From positions 2,624,001 through 2,688,000 of the forward strand of contig OZ243938.1 of the NCBI GenBank assembly GCA_965214095.1: a stretch of DNA of 64,000 nucleotides, written 5' to 3'. The notes below the pieces were generated by a model, which was given only the letters and a program-made list of their open reading frames with translations, made no database searches and was not told the DNA's origin. How positions within the stretch are numbered: position 1 is the stretch's first letter; every line of letters begins with the position of its first letter. This stretch comes from Candidatus Poribacteria bacterium. GTDB lineage: Bacteria; Poribacteria; WGA-4E; WGA-3G. Position numbers and translations under genes: made by a program. This document shows positions 53,293 through 63,935 of the stretch, in pieces.

Positions 53293-55704
53293 TTACCGAT
53301 CAGCACCAAAATCTGGTTCTTTTGCTGATCGTACCACCCATTTTTCAAATACAGACTTGAAAGACTCTGCCTTATCGCCAAAATGTAGATACTGGATACT
53401 TTTGATTGGAATTGACACATCCCCGTATATTTGTGAATGTCCAAGAAATCTGTCATCTTTAACTTCAATCGGTTCAAAAATCAAGATTGGGTTGTGTATT
53501 AAGGCGAAGCGAACTAAGGATTGAGTGGTTTCTGACTGTTGACTGTCTGGTTTCTGCTGTTCCTGTGCTTCTTCATCGTTTATCGGTTGATCAGTGTCGT
53601 CAACGCTGATATCAACTATCCGTGCTACTCGGTCAATAGGTATATCAAGTGTCTTTAAATTAGAAGCAAACTGAAATGTTTTTCCATCGAAACTGATCAA
53701 ATTCCCGCGCTTCATATCACCATTTTTTGCCACAAGAATGTGTTTGGGTGGGTTATCACGATTGAACCGTGGAACGGTGAGTGCGCGTTCTAATTTTACA
53801 TCTAACTCTGTATCCTTGATTTCAAGTGGGTCAAAGATGAGTTCAACCGCTTGTTTAAACGCAAGAGCATCATTATCAATCACGTTTCCTCCAGAAAAAA
53901 CGATTTTCATTTTCTCATTAGGGTTTCCGGTATCTACTTCAATTTCCAAATTTCCAACTTTAGTCCTACGCATTTTGCCTTCCATAATTCGACCATCTTC
54001 TAAAATGATACGATGTTTATTTCCACCAGTGATGGTGATAGGATTTCGGTTCTCTTTACGGGAGTGTGTTTTTCCGCGTGAAAATTCAATACCTTTTATG
54101 TGTTTTGGGGCGATGTGTGTTGCTTTGGCAAATGGTGAAACGAAATTAATACGAACATTATCGTAGGAAATGACTTGACAAGGAATGACTTCTCCGTTCT
54201 TCAGATGCATTAAGTGCGGGAATGTTTTTACATCAAATTGGTGGAGTCTTGATACATGTTTATTATTTCGTTCAACCCGAGGAGATAGGTTATTTGCTAT
54301 ACGAACAGATTCTGAACAACCTATAGGCAACCATTGGATACTGGATTTCTCGTTGGTGTCAAATATTACTTGTCCACGGAGACTTCCGGTTGGAAAGAAC
54401 ATCTTATCGTAAGCATCAATGGGTTGTTTGATTTTACTTGTAGACTCAAGACGAAGTTCGGACACACCGTCAAGTGAGCATACTATTGATTCTTCTGCGA
54501 AATTTGTTCGCATTAAAACACTGTCCGTATTTAATTGTTCGACCTGTCCATTTATAACTGATCCGTCAATGTATGTCAATGCCATGCGTTGATCAGTTTT
54601 CTTTAGTCTTCGTCCGGGCATAACAACTCGATCAACATGTCTTATGTCTGTGTCAGTTCGTGTGCCATCCGTGTCAAGTATATAAGCGTCATCATTTTTG
54701 ATAAACAACTTTCCGTGAAAAACTTCACCATTCATCATGTGGACTCTCGGTTTAGTAAAATCTACTTGCTGGTTTTTAAATTCCTCAGGTTGATGGTAAA
54801 TTCTTAATCGTTGCACCGATAGGTCTTGTCCTCGGTTGTAAACATACGCTCCGGGTACCTCAGTTGTCTGATGCACTTCATCTAATTTCAAGAGTAAATT
54901 TCCGTTTTCATCAAATACCTTTAACACCTGCGTGTCTTGGTCATAAGCAATTCGTAAACGGTAGCTGCGGTGATCTGGTTTTATTTGTAATATAGGTTCA
55001 TATAACGTTCCTTGCACGACAACAAGTTCCTTTGCCCATGTTTCAATTCGCAATGCTTGATAAAGATTTTTTCCGAGAGAGAAAACAAAACCTGGGGGAC
55101 TTGATGTGGATGCAATTTCAAAGTCAATTTCATAACGTTTTGGCCATTTAATCGGATAATATAAATTCGTTTTACTTCTATCTGTGCGTGGTTTTCCACC
55201 CTGTTCCGGGTACCACCCAGTGGGATTTTTGCCGCTTCCTTCCTTGGTTTCGTTTTGGTCTGCTGGCAACCATGATGCCAGTTGTGAACCATCAAAAATA
55301 AGGTTGGAGTGTTCTTGGTTCTCAAGAGAGTAGATCATATCTCTATTGACACGGAACTGACCATGGCGATTATTTAAGAATAGGAAAGTGTCTTCATCTG
55401 AATCAATAATATCCGCTGTCCAGAAGTCTCCCAATATAGTACCGACACGGAAAGTTCCTGTTACAGGTGCGGGGTGCTTGGAGAAAGCAATGGAATCTAA
55501 TACGGTGATATCTACATTCAGATCGTCTGCGAAGTATGGGGACTTCCATCGGATTGTCCCAGATTTACCATCCATCAGTTCACCGGAGAGGGAATCACCA
55601 TTTTTCCAACGTAAAAGTGTTTCTTGAGCCTGTGTCGTGGTGTGAAACCACAATCCGATGAGTGTAAGGGCAATCACCATTAACATTCTAAGACATTTTC
55701 GCAT
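53293..55704 (-). CDS. Exported protein with repeated LxNGD beta-modules, unknown function
   Basis: AAGGAG RBS; signal peptide; recurring WKNGDSLSG, MMNGEVFHG, YIDGSVING, LKNGEVIP, AKNGDMKRG units. Confidence 0.75.
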   Translation of the reverse strand: MRKCLRMLMVIALTLIGLWFHTTTQAQETLLRWKNGDSLSGELMDGKSGTIRWKSPYFADDLNVDITVLDSIAFSKHPAPVTGTFRVGTILGDFWTADIIDSDEDTFLFLNNRHGQFRVNRDMIYSLENQEHSNLIFDGSQLASWLPADQNETKEGSGKNPTGWYPEQGGKPRTDRSKTNLYYPIKWPKRYEIDFEIASTSSPPGFVFSLGKNLYQALRIETWAKELVVVQGTLYEPILQIKPDHRSYRLRIAYDQDTQVLKVFDENGNLLLKLDEVHQTTEVPGAYVYNRGQDLSVQRLRIYHQPEEFKNQQVDFTKPRVHMMNGEVFHGKLFIKNDDAYILDTDGTRTDTDIRHVDRVVMPGRRLKKTDQRMALTYIDGSVINGQVEQLNTDSVLMRTNFAEESIVCSLDGVSELRLESTSKIKQPIDAYDKMFFPTGSLRGQVIFDTNEKSSIQWLPIGCSESVRIANNLSPRVERNNKHVSRLHQFDVKTFPHLMHLKNGEVIPCQVISYDNVRINFVSPFAKATHIAPKHIKGIEFSRGKTHSRKENRNPITITGGNKHRIILEDGRIMEGKMRRTKVGNLEIEVDTGNPNEKMKIVFSGGNVIDNDALAFKQAVELIFDPLEIKDTELDVKLERALTVPRFNRDNPPKHILVAKNGDMKRGNLISFDGKTFQFASNLKTLDIPIDRVARIVDISVDDTDQPINDEEAQEQQKPDSQQSETTQSLVRFALIHNPILIFEPIEVKDDRFLGHSQIYGDVSIPIKSIQYLHFGDKAESFKSVFEKWVVRSAKEPDFGADR

Positions 55705-55784
55705 TGTGTTTCTCCTTGATGTGTTTGGTCTTTCAGTTTATTCTTGATATAGTTCTCTATCATGGGAGTTTAGTATTTGTAGTG

Positions 55785-56909
55785 TTATCTTTCGTAAATG
55801 GGAAGTAAGCGATAGTTCAAAGCTAATGTAAGCACAGCCATGCCAGTTCCATAGGCTTTACCGTAGGAACTGTTGAAACTTCCATCTGGTTGTTGCATTT
55901 TTTGAAGCCGTTCAATAGTGCGCTGATTCCAAGCTTGCCATGCTTCCAAATCACTCTGGAATAGTGCCTGTGCCATATAGTATAAGGTATAAAACATATA
56001 ACTATTACCGATATTATAATTTGTTCTTCGTTTTATGTATTCGGAAGTGGCTTTATATTCAGGTGTGTCTTTTCGTTTTCCAATTGCATATACGAGTGTC
56101 GCGATGGCAGAACGTGTGAGTCCGTCTCCATGACTGCCTGATGGGGTATAAGAGACACCTCCACCTTTTAGTGTGCAAGTTTGGAAAAAGTTTAATGCTT
56201 TGTTAACGGCTTCATTTGGTATTTCAATGCCAGCGTTTCGTGCGCCGAGAATTCCCATCAGGACGGTGCCAGCCACGGTGGTGTCAGCATCTCGTGCTTG
56301 TGGTGAGTATCGCCATGCACCCCACGGGTTCTTTTCTTGGGCTGTCAATACACATCTTACTGCAAGTTCTAATGCTTCGCTAATCGTTCTTCTGCGGCTT
56401 GCGGGGACATTACTATCTTTCCAGAGGAGATCTTCATCTACAGCACCGTAAGCTTCAGACAGTGCTAACGTAGCGAAACCGTGATGATACATTGATGCAT
56501 GTCCACTTCTTGTTCCCATATATCCTGATCGGGCATCCTGTTTTGAGATCATATTGCGCAGTGCTTTACGGATGTTTGGTGCATAAGGTCCATAATCTGG
56601 GTCTTCTCCACTTGCCATTAACGCCATGACACAAATACCCGTAATTCCTGCTCCACCTTGTGCTCCTTGCCAACCGCCATCTGCTAATTGGGTGTTTGCA
56701 AGATAACGTAAACTTCGGTCATTGATGCTTCTTACTGCGGGTGGGACACCTGTGCCGTAACGGAGTGTGGGGTCTTGAGCGTTGGTTGGTTCATTGTAGA
56801 ACGTAACCAGAAGTATTAGCAGAAATGAAAACCCGATTTTGAATGTATGTTCATTCAAAAATGAATCTATTCCTTTTTTCTCTTTTGCCATGATTGATTT
56901 ATCCTCCAT
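55785..56909 (-). CDS. Prenyltransferase/squalene-oxidase-repeat (alpha/alpha toroid) protein
   Basis: QW-type repeats TQLADGGW, AQEKNPWGAWRY, MQQPDGSF; MYHHGFATLALSE; ends LPIYER; N-terminal TM/signal. Confidence 0.85.
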   Translation of the reverse strand: MEDKSIMAKEKKGIDSFLNEHTFKIGFSFLLILLVTFYNEPTNAQDPTLRYGTGVPPAVRSINDRSLRYLANTQLADGGWQGAQGGAGITGICVMALMASGEDPDYGPYAPNIRKALRNMISKQDARSGYMGTRSGHASMYHHGFATLALSEAYGAVDEDLLWKDSNVPASRRRTISEALELAVRCVLTAQEKNPWGAWRYSPQARDADTTVAGTVLMGILGARNAGIEIPNEAVNKALNFFQTCTLKGGGVSYTPSGSHGDGLTRSAIATLVYAIGKRKDTPEYKATSEYIKRRTNYNIGNSYMFYTLYYMAQALFQSDLEAWQAWNQRTIERLQKMQQPDGSFNSSYGKAYGTGMAVLTLALNYRLLPIYER

Positions 56910-56990
56910 CTCTATATTCAGTATATTCTTCCATTCGTAGAATAAGGTTTTTCATTTTTTGTTACACATCAGAAATTCTACATTGTTGTT

Positions 56991-57938
56991 TTAATCTTCC
57001 TTGATTGTAGCCAAACCAGTTTGCCATTCATTTCCTTTCTTACCAGCATAGAGCATGATATAAGTATCATTGATCTCAAGGATTTGTCCAGTTAAGACAC
57101 CGTCGCAGTCAAAGGCATCAGGATCGTCAGAGGGTGTAAATATAGGGTTGTACGGGTTCGGTTCATAGTTAAGAAAATCGCGAGTCCGCACATGTCCGAT
57201 ACGCCAAAATTCCCCATCAAACCCACCATAAATGATATGGAAATACTCCGGTCCCTTGAACAATTCAGTCTCACGAACGGATTTGCTATCCCATGCTTCG
57301 CCACTACCTGTGAAAACAGGATTGGCAGGATTCTTAGTTACCATCGCTGGGTCACTCGTTGGCGCGGTTGCATGGCACATCGTTAGTCCTTCACCGAACG
57401 ATTTCGTTGCCTTACCTGTATAAACAATGTGTATCATATCACCATTTATTGCTACGGAAGGATGTGTTGAACCGTGTAATTCGTGTTCAGTATCCGCAGG
57501 AATGACAGGTGTGTGTTGGACGCGTTGCCATTCACCTAAATCACCGTCGCTTACAAGCAGACCTGTCTGTTCAGGTGTCGTTTCCCCTTTGCCACGATAA
57601 TACATGTAGTACTTTCCATCAGCAGGATTCAGAAAAGGGAAAGGATACTCAACGGCTGCATTGTCAAATCCGTCCGCTGAAGGCTCAAAAATGGGATTAC
57701 GCGTATCTTGTGTGATGTTTGTGATGTCACTGACGGGAGCAGTAGCGTGCATCAGTACCCATCGCCGATCAACATAGCGTTTACACCAGATATAGTGGAC
57801 AGTCCCATCAACAACAATCGCATGAGTTGCTGCTGCCCACAGTGGTGGCTGTAGAGAGATGATTGGATTTCCTTGTTCTATCCGTTTGAAACTGGCAAAT
57901 ACTTCAAAGGGGATTGCATCATTTTTCCTGACAGTCAT
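56991..57938 (-). CDS. Five-bladed beta-propeller glycoside-hydrolase-like protein (GH32/43/117/130-like)
   Basis: Repeated NPIF/NPVF..FD/WD blades, YYMYYRG, YIMLYAG, WRIGH, WQTGLA; GAGGA RBS favours ATG 57938. Confidence 0.75.
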   Translation of the reverse strand: MTVRKNDAIPFEVFASFKRIEQGNPIISLQPPLWAAATHAIVVDGTVHYIWCKRYVDRRWVLMHATAPVSDITNITQDTRNPIFEPSADGFDNAAVEYPFPFLNPADGKYYMYYRGKGETTPEQTGLLVSDGDLGEWQRVQHTPVIPADTEHELHGSTHPSVAINGDMIHIVYTGKATKSFGEGLTMCHATAPTSDPAMVTKNPANPVFTGSGEAWDSKSVRETELFKGPEYFHIIYGGFDGEFWRIGHVRTRDFLNYEPNPYNPIFTPSDDPDAFDCDGVLTGQILEINDTYIMLYAGKKGNEWQTGLATIKED

Positions 57939-58003
57939 CAGTGTTCCTCTGTTGTGCAGCACATTGGATACAAATTAACGGGTTTTATCTTGATTTATTT
58001 GTT

Positions 58004-58027
58004 GTGCGGTTAGGAAACCGCACCTAC
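58004..58027 (-). repeat. Single GTAG-type REP hairpin
   Basis: Minus strand reads gtaggtgcggtttcctaaccgcac; same family as the 52923 core. Confidence 0.8.
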
Positions 58028-58052
58028 CGAGACGAATGAAGTTAATTTGGAT

Positions 58053-61000
58053 TTAGTTGCCTTCTAAGACGTTGAAATATGTGTCTAATCCTTGTCGGAA
58101 TTCTTCTGGTAATACGCGACCAGTTTTGCCTATTGCTTGTTTCGGTGCGCGTTTTTCAATGAATGCCTGACCTGAGTCGTCTCCTCTACCACTTCCGAGT
58201 GTCATTGCAGAAACTAATTGTGCAAAGACATTTCCACTACTACCTGGTGAGTCACCACCACCTCCGCCACCAGCAGGTGTATTTGGCATGCGTTGCGTTT
58301 GAAGTAGGATTTCAATCACTTCCGATATAGCAGCGATTGCTTCGGGACCTGTTTCGGGTTTAGCAAGGATCGTCTCTGCCTCCTCCATCACCTCAGCTGC
58401 AGCACTGACTTTGGCGTATTGCTGTCTGATACGTCGTGTATTAAACTCTGGTAACAGACTTATTTGTCTTGCCACCTCAAGTGTATCCTCGGCGATTTCA
58501 TACTGTGTATCGCTTAATCCTTCGCTTCGCGCATAATATTTATCGGAATTGAGCGTGTCCTTTGCGTTTTCAGTTTCGCGCGTTTCCTCTCGTAATTGAA
58601 TTTCACGATTGATGAGACGCAATACCTCTAAAACAATTTCAGGTGGCAAACTTGGCAGCTCCGTCATTCCACCTTCTGGAGGCTCTCCATCAGGTAATGG
58701 GTCTACTAACTGTTCTGCCCATCGATCCAACGTATCTGCCCAGTATTCTGCCTCAATCGTTGATTGCCCGACATAATTTCTGTTAATTGATCTGACAAGT
58801 TCGCTCATCTGGTTTGATACAGAAGCGTCTTCCATCTCTGCAAGGACACGTAGGTAGTTATCATTAGGACGACGATCAGTATAGGCTGCCATATCTTGAA
58901 TGATGGTGGTTACCTTTTTGGATTCATTGGATTCCATTTCAGCTAAACGTTTTCGGACATCTCGATTTTTTGTGCCTCTGTCAGACAATCCAAAGGTGTC
59001 AATTTTGTTGAGATCTGTAGCGATGTCAATCTGCCTTCGTGAGGCTGCCTTCAATCGTTTCACGAATGTGCTATTTTCAAAACTGACCAAAAGTTTTTTC
59101 ATCTCGTCTGATAGTTTATCAAAAGCGTCCAACAATTCCTTCTGTTCTTCAACAGCCTGGGCCACGAGTTCTTCAGCAGGAGGTGATTCTGCGTTTTCAT
59201 CTTCACCTTGATCTTCTCTGCCGCTACCCATCAACGTCGTATTAGGGAGGGCTAATCCACCAACGACCTGTGATGGAGGGGCATCATTTGGTTTCTCAGG
59301 TTTGTTGAAACCTGATTCCACATCGGAAACTCCAGGTGTGGGATTCGTAGGTGAAGGTTTACCTTGTTCGCCGCCTTGTGGTGGTTTACTCCGGTTCACA
59401 CTGACAGAATCGGGACGTTTGTTCGGATCTTCAGGATCCTCAGATTCCTCGTCTGTCCCTTCAGGTGGCACAAAACTATCAGGTCCATACTTTTTCGTAT
59501 CGTCTCCTGAACCTTCTTGTGGTTTACCGGAAGATTGTGATTTATTACCTGATGCTTGGTTTTGCTGTTGTTCTGAATCTTTCTGTTGGTCAGACGGCTG
59601 AGATTGCCCGTTTGATGCTTTGTTTTGCTGCTGTTCATCTTGGTTTTCGCTTGGCGATTGTTGACTGCTACTACTTGAGGAAGATGGACTTTGCTGGCTG
59701 CTATCTGATGGCTTTTGGCTGCTCTGTCCTTGTGCTTCGGATGCTTGTGCAAGTAAATTTGCGACAGAAGGCATCTGTTTTCCTGCTATCTCCTCTAATT
59801 GTTTGAGCATGTCTCCCCAAGATTGGAGTTGTTCTGCGTCAAATTCACTGTTTTTTGCTGCTTCCTGGACCAACTCTTTACCGCTTTCAATGAGACTGTC
59901 AAGTTTTGCGGCGTTTGCTCGTTCTGATGCAGCTTGTTCCTGTAATTTTTTACGTTGTGCTGGATCGTCAAGTGCTTCAGGTGGTAGGTCTTGGATTTCA
60001 CGATTGGTTTCGTGTAATTGCAATTCTTTATCGTGTACATCCTTTGCTGCACCTGCCCAGAGCTGCATCTGTCCGATTAACCATTTGAAGTGTTCTGATG
60101 GGGAAAGCACGTGGAGCACAATTTGTGGGGAACGGATACGTTCACGGTTAGGAAAATAATCCTCCGCAAAAGCACGCAGACGCAGACTTTGTGGTGGTAT
60201 ATTTTCACGTTCAACGGAGAATGTCGCGGGAACGATTAATGATTCCGATATTGGCGACCCTGAGGACACGGCTTTCTCTCCGATTGCCGGTTCGGGGTTT
60301 TGGATTGGATTCTCAATACCTTCCCATTCTATACCGACCTGTTTCACACCAAAGTCATCCGCTGATTGGATTTCAAATGTAAGCACTTCTGTAGATAGCA
60401 CAACTTGATTGTTTTTTAGCTTCGTGATAGCAATAGTTGGTTCAGCATCTTCTTGTAGTTCAAATTGCACTACTTGTGGTTCACTTGCAGTGAGACCATA
60501 TTGATCACGCCATGTTAATTCCATTTCTGTTGTTTTTTCTACGGAAATAGATTCGGTTGTTATTTTTGCCCCATCCACTTTTTGCCGACGATTATTTAAC
60601 GTTGCCTCAGAGAGTTCTCGTGTGATTGTCGCTTCCAAGGTGGCAGCACTCCCTTTTACTAAACTCACTATTCCACCGCGCACATCATCTATTCTCGGTT
60701 CTTCGCGTTGTAGATATTCGGGAAGTTGAACGTTGGCAATAAGTTCTTTGAGTGCCGGACGTAATTTCGGTTCAACGGGGATGGAACGTCTTGCATCTCC
60801 CACCCGCATCTTGATTTGCCCTTCCTCTGTTTGCGGTGGCAATTGAAATTTGTAAGTAGACCCATCTCGTTCTGCGACTACAGGTTCTTGTTTTGCGTAT
60901 CGTGCTTCACCGCTTTCAGGTTTCCATGGGGATTCTTCTTTCAGTAGTGCTTCAACATCAAAAGGTTCTGCGTAGGCGACGACACGTGGATCTGGTTTGC

Positions 61001-61616
61001 CTTTTAATTGAGCAAACGTATATCGTTCAACGTTTCGCCACGGTGTTAACCATCGTGCTAAGGTGTTGTTAGTCGTTGCCGGGATAATGATTATCCCGAT
61101 GATGACAAGGAGTAATGGCAAACCTACTGCCAATGCCCAACGACGGTGGCGAGGATTCGGCACAGCATCTTTGAGATTGTGTTTCGCTACCTCTTCATCA
61201 ACTTGACGCATTGCGGCTGCAACCAATGCCGGACTCGCTGATTGATCCGATCTTTCCGATGCAAGTTCTACGATACCAAGCACATGATCACCAAAACGTG
61301 GGAACTTATGTTGCAATAGTTTGGCAATGCCTTCTAATTGCCGATTTCGCCAGACCCATTTGTAGTATTTCAGTGGCAGGAAAATCACCATACCGACCAT
61401 GCCGACTATCAGGATGAGTGCGCGCAGAAGGGCAGAGGTATCAATCAGTCGGTCTAAGCCAAACACAATGAGATATGAAACGATGAGTCCAAAGATCGCT
61501 GCTAATGTGCCTTCGGCAAGTTTGATGATCCATACCCGTTTTCGGTATTGTTCTAATGCTTTTTTCATTCTTGGAGGTAGATTTATCCCATTCTTTTGTA
61601 ATGGTGTTTGGTTCAT
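58053..61616 (-). CDS. Large membrane-anchored coiled-coil protein (DUF4175-like)
   Basis: Three N-terminal TM helices, Ig-like region with DDFGV, long helical region, S/Q/P-rich linker, C-terminal LPEEFRQGLDTYF. Confidence 0.78.
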   Translation of the reverse strand: MNQTPLQKNGINLPPRMKKALEQYRKRVWIIKLAEGTLAAIFGLIVSYLIVFGLDRLIDTSALLRALILIVGMVGMVIFLPLKYYKWVWRNRQLEGIAKLLQHKFPRFGDHVLGIVELASERSDQSASPALVAAAMRQVDEEVAKHNLKDAVPNPRHRRWALAVGLPLLLVIIGIIIIPATTNNTLARWLTPWRNVERYTFAQLKGKPDPRVVAYAEPFDVEALLKEESPWKPESGEARYAKQEPVVAERDGSTYKFQLPPQTEEGQIKMRVGDARRSIPVEPKLRPALKELIANVQLPEYLQREEPRIDDVRGGIVSLVKGSAATLEATITRELSEATLNNRRQKVDGAKITTESISVEKTTEMELTWRDQYGLTASEPQVVQFELQEDAEPTIAITKLKNNQVVLSTEVLTFEIQSADDFGVKQVGIEWEGIENPIQNPEPAIGEKAVSSGSPISESLIVPATFSVERENIPPQSLRLRAFAEDYFPNRERIRSPQIVLHVLSPSEHFKWLIGQMQLWAGAAKDVHDKELQLHETNREIQDLPPEALDDPAQRKKLQEQAASERANAAKLDSLIESGKELVQEAAKNSEFDAEQLQSWGDMLKQLEEIAGKQMPSVANLLAQASEAQGQSSQKPSDSSQQSPSSSSSSSQQSPSENQDEQQQNKASNGQSQPSDQQKDSEQQQNQASGNKSQSSGKPQEGSGDDTKKYGPDSFVPPEGTDEESEDPEDPNKRPDSVSVNRSKPPQGGEQGKPSPTNPTPGVSDVESGFNKPEKPNDAPPSQVVGGLALPNTTLMGSGREDQGEDENAESPPAEELVAQAVEEQKELLDAFDKLSDEMKKLLVSFENSTFVKRLKAASRRQIDIATDLNKIDTFGLSDRGTKNRDVRKRLAEMESNESKKVTTIIQDMAAYTDRRPNDNYLRVLAEMEDASVSNQMSELVRSINRNYVGQSTIEAEYWADTLDRWAEQLVDPLPDGEPPEGGMTELPSLPPEIVLEVLRLINREIQLREETRETENAKDTLNSDKYYARSEGLSDTQYEIAEDTLEVARQISLLPEFNTRRIRQQYAKVSAAAEVMEEAETILAKPETGPEAIAAISEVIEILLQTQRMPNTPAGGGGGGDSPGSSGNVFAQLVSAMTLGSGRGDDSGQAFIEKRAPKQAIGKTGRVLPEEFRQGLDTYFNVLEGN

Positions 61617-61706
61617 TGAAGCTCTCCTTTGGTGTTATTTAAGCGAGAAATCGGACAATCTGTTTGTTCTGCTAAAATTATAATATTATCCTGATGTGAT
61701 TTCAAT

Positions 61707-63914
61707 TTATATCGTACCTGCCATCTTACGTGCAACCCAGAACAACCCAAGCAGCAAGATAAGTAATCCGCCCCAAAACGGGTTTGCCCAGATACGTGTT
61801 CGTTTAACAATCGGTTCAGGTTCTGGTAGGGCAGCGAGATGTTCTTGTAATGTCCCTACCTCAGAAACTGATACTAATTTTCCTCCAGTGATATTTGCAA
61901 TTTCTTCCAGAACATCAAAACGCGCCAATCTTCCTTGTTGTTCCCGATTCAAGCCTTGCACGGAAAGTTCAGTTTGAACGGATGCTCCTGTTTCACTACT
62001 TGTCGCTATAAGACGATAGATCCCTGCTTCTTTCGGTGTAAACGTCCCGATGAACAATCCTAACGCATCTTCTACACCCGGTTGCAGTCGGATTGTCTCT
62101 GTTTTACCTGAAGGGGCAATCGCTTGCACCACGACTGTCCCCCTTTCCAGTGGTCCACCGAAGTTATCAATTACATTTGCGTTTAAGGTAAGGACATCAT
62201 CAACATGAGGTCGGTCAGGAGAGTAAAACATTCGTATCGATTCACTCTGCGCCATCTGTCGTCGATACGCCATCCAACGTGCCACTTGACTCCAGAAACG
62301 GTAGTGGTATTTGTCTTCAACACCATGCCGCCAACGCCATGCACTGTCCGTTCCCATGAACAGCACTTTACCTGTGCCATACGTTTTCGTAACGATGAGT
62401 GGCACACGTCCGGACACTGTAGAAGCTTGATCGTGTACTGCCAATACTTCTGTTCCTGCTTTCGCACGTCTGATGCCAGCGTACCAGAAGAAACCCGGTA
62501 ACATCCGCCACACATCACTATTTCCAATATCGGTATCTCCAAGTCGTGTCAACAAACTTCGTTGTCCGGGTTCGGTGAGAGCGAAATATCCTTGGACACT
62601 TGAGCCGACACCGTTCGGTGTAACTGGGTCTAAAACGACAGGATATAGATCGGCAAGCGGACCGGTAGTTAATGATTCATGTGCCCCCGTGCGTCCGGGT
62701 AAAAAGACGATACCCGATGCTTGTGCACTGACAAGTTGTCGTAAATCCTGTGCTTGTTCAGTCGTCAACTGATCTGGAGCAATACCTACATCTCCAAGAA
62801 ACACCACGTCAAATTTGCTGAGTTCTCTTGCATCAGGGAATCGCTTGATATAAGCACGTCCTCCACCAACTTGTGGCAATTTAGGATGAAATAACAGGCA
62901 CGTTACATCAACACCAGCATCGCGTTCCAAAGCATTACGGAGATAACGATACTCCCAACGCGGAAAAGAATCTATGACAAGGATTTTCAACTGTTCTTTA
63001 CGAATTGATATGGGAGCAGAGAGTTCATTATTTTCAGGTATCAACTCCTGAATATCTTTCGCAATTCGCAAGGATATGTCATATTCACCTGTATCTTGTG
63101 GTGTCCAAGCCATATTATCTTGTGCTTGTCCCATAGCGGGAACTGTAATGGTTTTAGTAGTCGTTGCTTCCCCATTGATGCTCAATGTGAGATTCACGTC
63201 TCTGTCTTGGCCTAAAGTGTTGCGAACGACAAACGGAATGCGGAGTTGTTTCTTTGTTACCCCGTAAGTTGGCGCGTCCATACTAACTAACTCAAGGTCG
63301 GGTAATGGCACTTCACTGCCAACACCTACGGTGAAAACGGGAACCTCTTTCATGTGGAACCGAGTTGCAGCTTTCTCAGGTGAATCCCCAACATTCCAAT
63401 CGCCATCCGAGAGCAGCACCACACCACGCAGATTATTGTGATTTTCCAGAATGTGTGTCAGTCCTGCGTTAATATCTGTTCCTTCTTCTGCTGGGTCTAA
63501 TAGTGATGAGAACGATTCAAATACAACATTTAGTTCGGTATCATCTGCAGATTTCCATACTTCTTCAGACATAAGCGGCTGAATTGTTTCTGCACGACTT
63601 TTCCGTTCAACGGTGGTGTCTGGGTCTACAAGAATGTCCTCGGTTTTCATGCTATTAGATTTATCCCAAAGTACAGCAAGCGTAGATCGTTGTTCTGGCG
63701 GTTGTGATTCTAACCATTCGGGTTGATTTAGGGTGAGAATCACAAGGCAGACGAGAACAAATCGGAGTAGTTCAAGCCATCCGATACGTTTGCGATATCC
63801 ACTGCGATGCCATGCATACCAGCACAATGCAGCGGTTACAATGATAATAATGACTCCCAAAGTTATAACAGAACTGTTGGAAAAGAATTCAAGGTGTCCT
63901 TGTGTGTCTTGCAT
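61707..63914 (-). CDS. Membrane-anchored vWA + Ig + glutamine-amidotransferase-like protein
   Basis: Two N-terminal TMs; MIDAS DKSNS..GTDI..LLSDG; PRWEYRYLRNALERD; YGTGKVLFMGTDSAWRWR; C-terminal TM ending ARKMAG. Confidence 0.85.
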   Translation of the reverse strand: MQDTQGHLEFFSNSSVITLGVIIIIVTAALCWYAWHRSGYRKRIGWLELLRFVLVCLVILTLNQPEWLESQPPEQRSTLAVLWDKSNSMKTEDILVDPDTTVERKSRAETIQPLMSEEVWKSADDTELNVVFESFSSLLDPAEEGTDINAGLTHILENHNNLRGVVLLSDGDWNVGDSPEKAATRFHMKEVPVFTVGVGSEVPLPDLELVSMDAPTYGVTKKQLRIPFVVRNTLGQDRDVNLTLSINGEATTTKTITVPAMGQAQDNMAWTPQDTGEYDISLRIAKDIQELIPENNELSAPISIRKEQLKILVIDSFPRWEYRYLRNALERDAGVDVTCLLFHPKLPQVGGGRAYIKRFPDARELSKFDVVFLGDVGIAPDQLTTEQAQDLRQLVSAQASGIVFLPGRTGAHESLTTGPLADLYPVVLDPVTPNGVGSSVQGYFALTEPGQRSLLTRLGDTDIGNSDVWRMLPGFFWYAGIRRAKAGTEVLAVHDQASTVSGRVPLIVTKTYGTGKVLFMGTDSAWRWRHGVEDKYHYRFWSQVARWMAYRRQMAQSESIRMFYSPDRPHVDDVLTLNANVIDNFGGPLERGTVVVQAIAPSGKTETIRLQPGVEDALGLFIGTFTPKEAGIYRLIATSSETGASVQTELSVQGLNREQQGRLARFDVLEEIANITGGKLVSVSEVGTLQEHLAALPEPEPIVKRTRIWANPFWGGLLILLLGLFWVARKMAGTI

Positions 63915-63935
63915 GTTTTTTGTGTCTCCAGTGTG

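Noticed and set aside
55785-56909. Squalene-hopene cyclase
   Set aside because: Too short (374 aa), exported, and lacks the DxDD catalytic motif.
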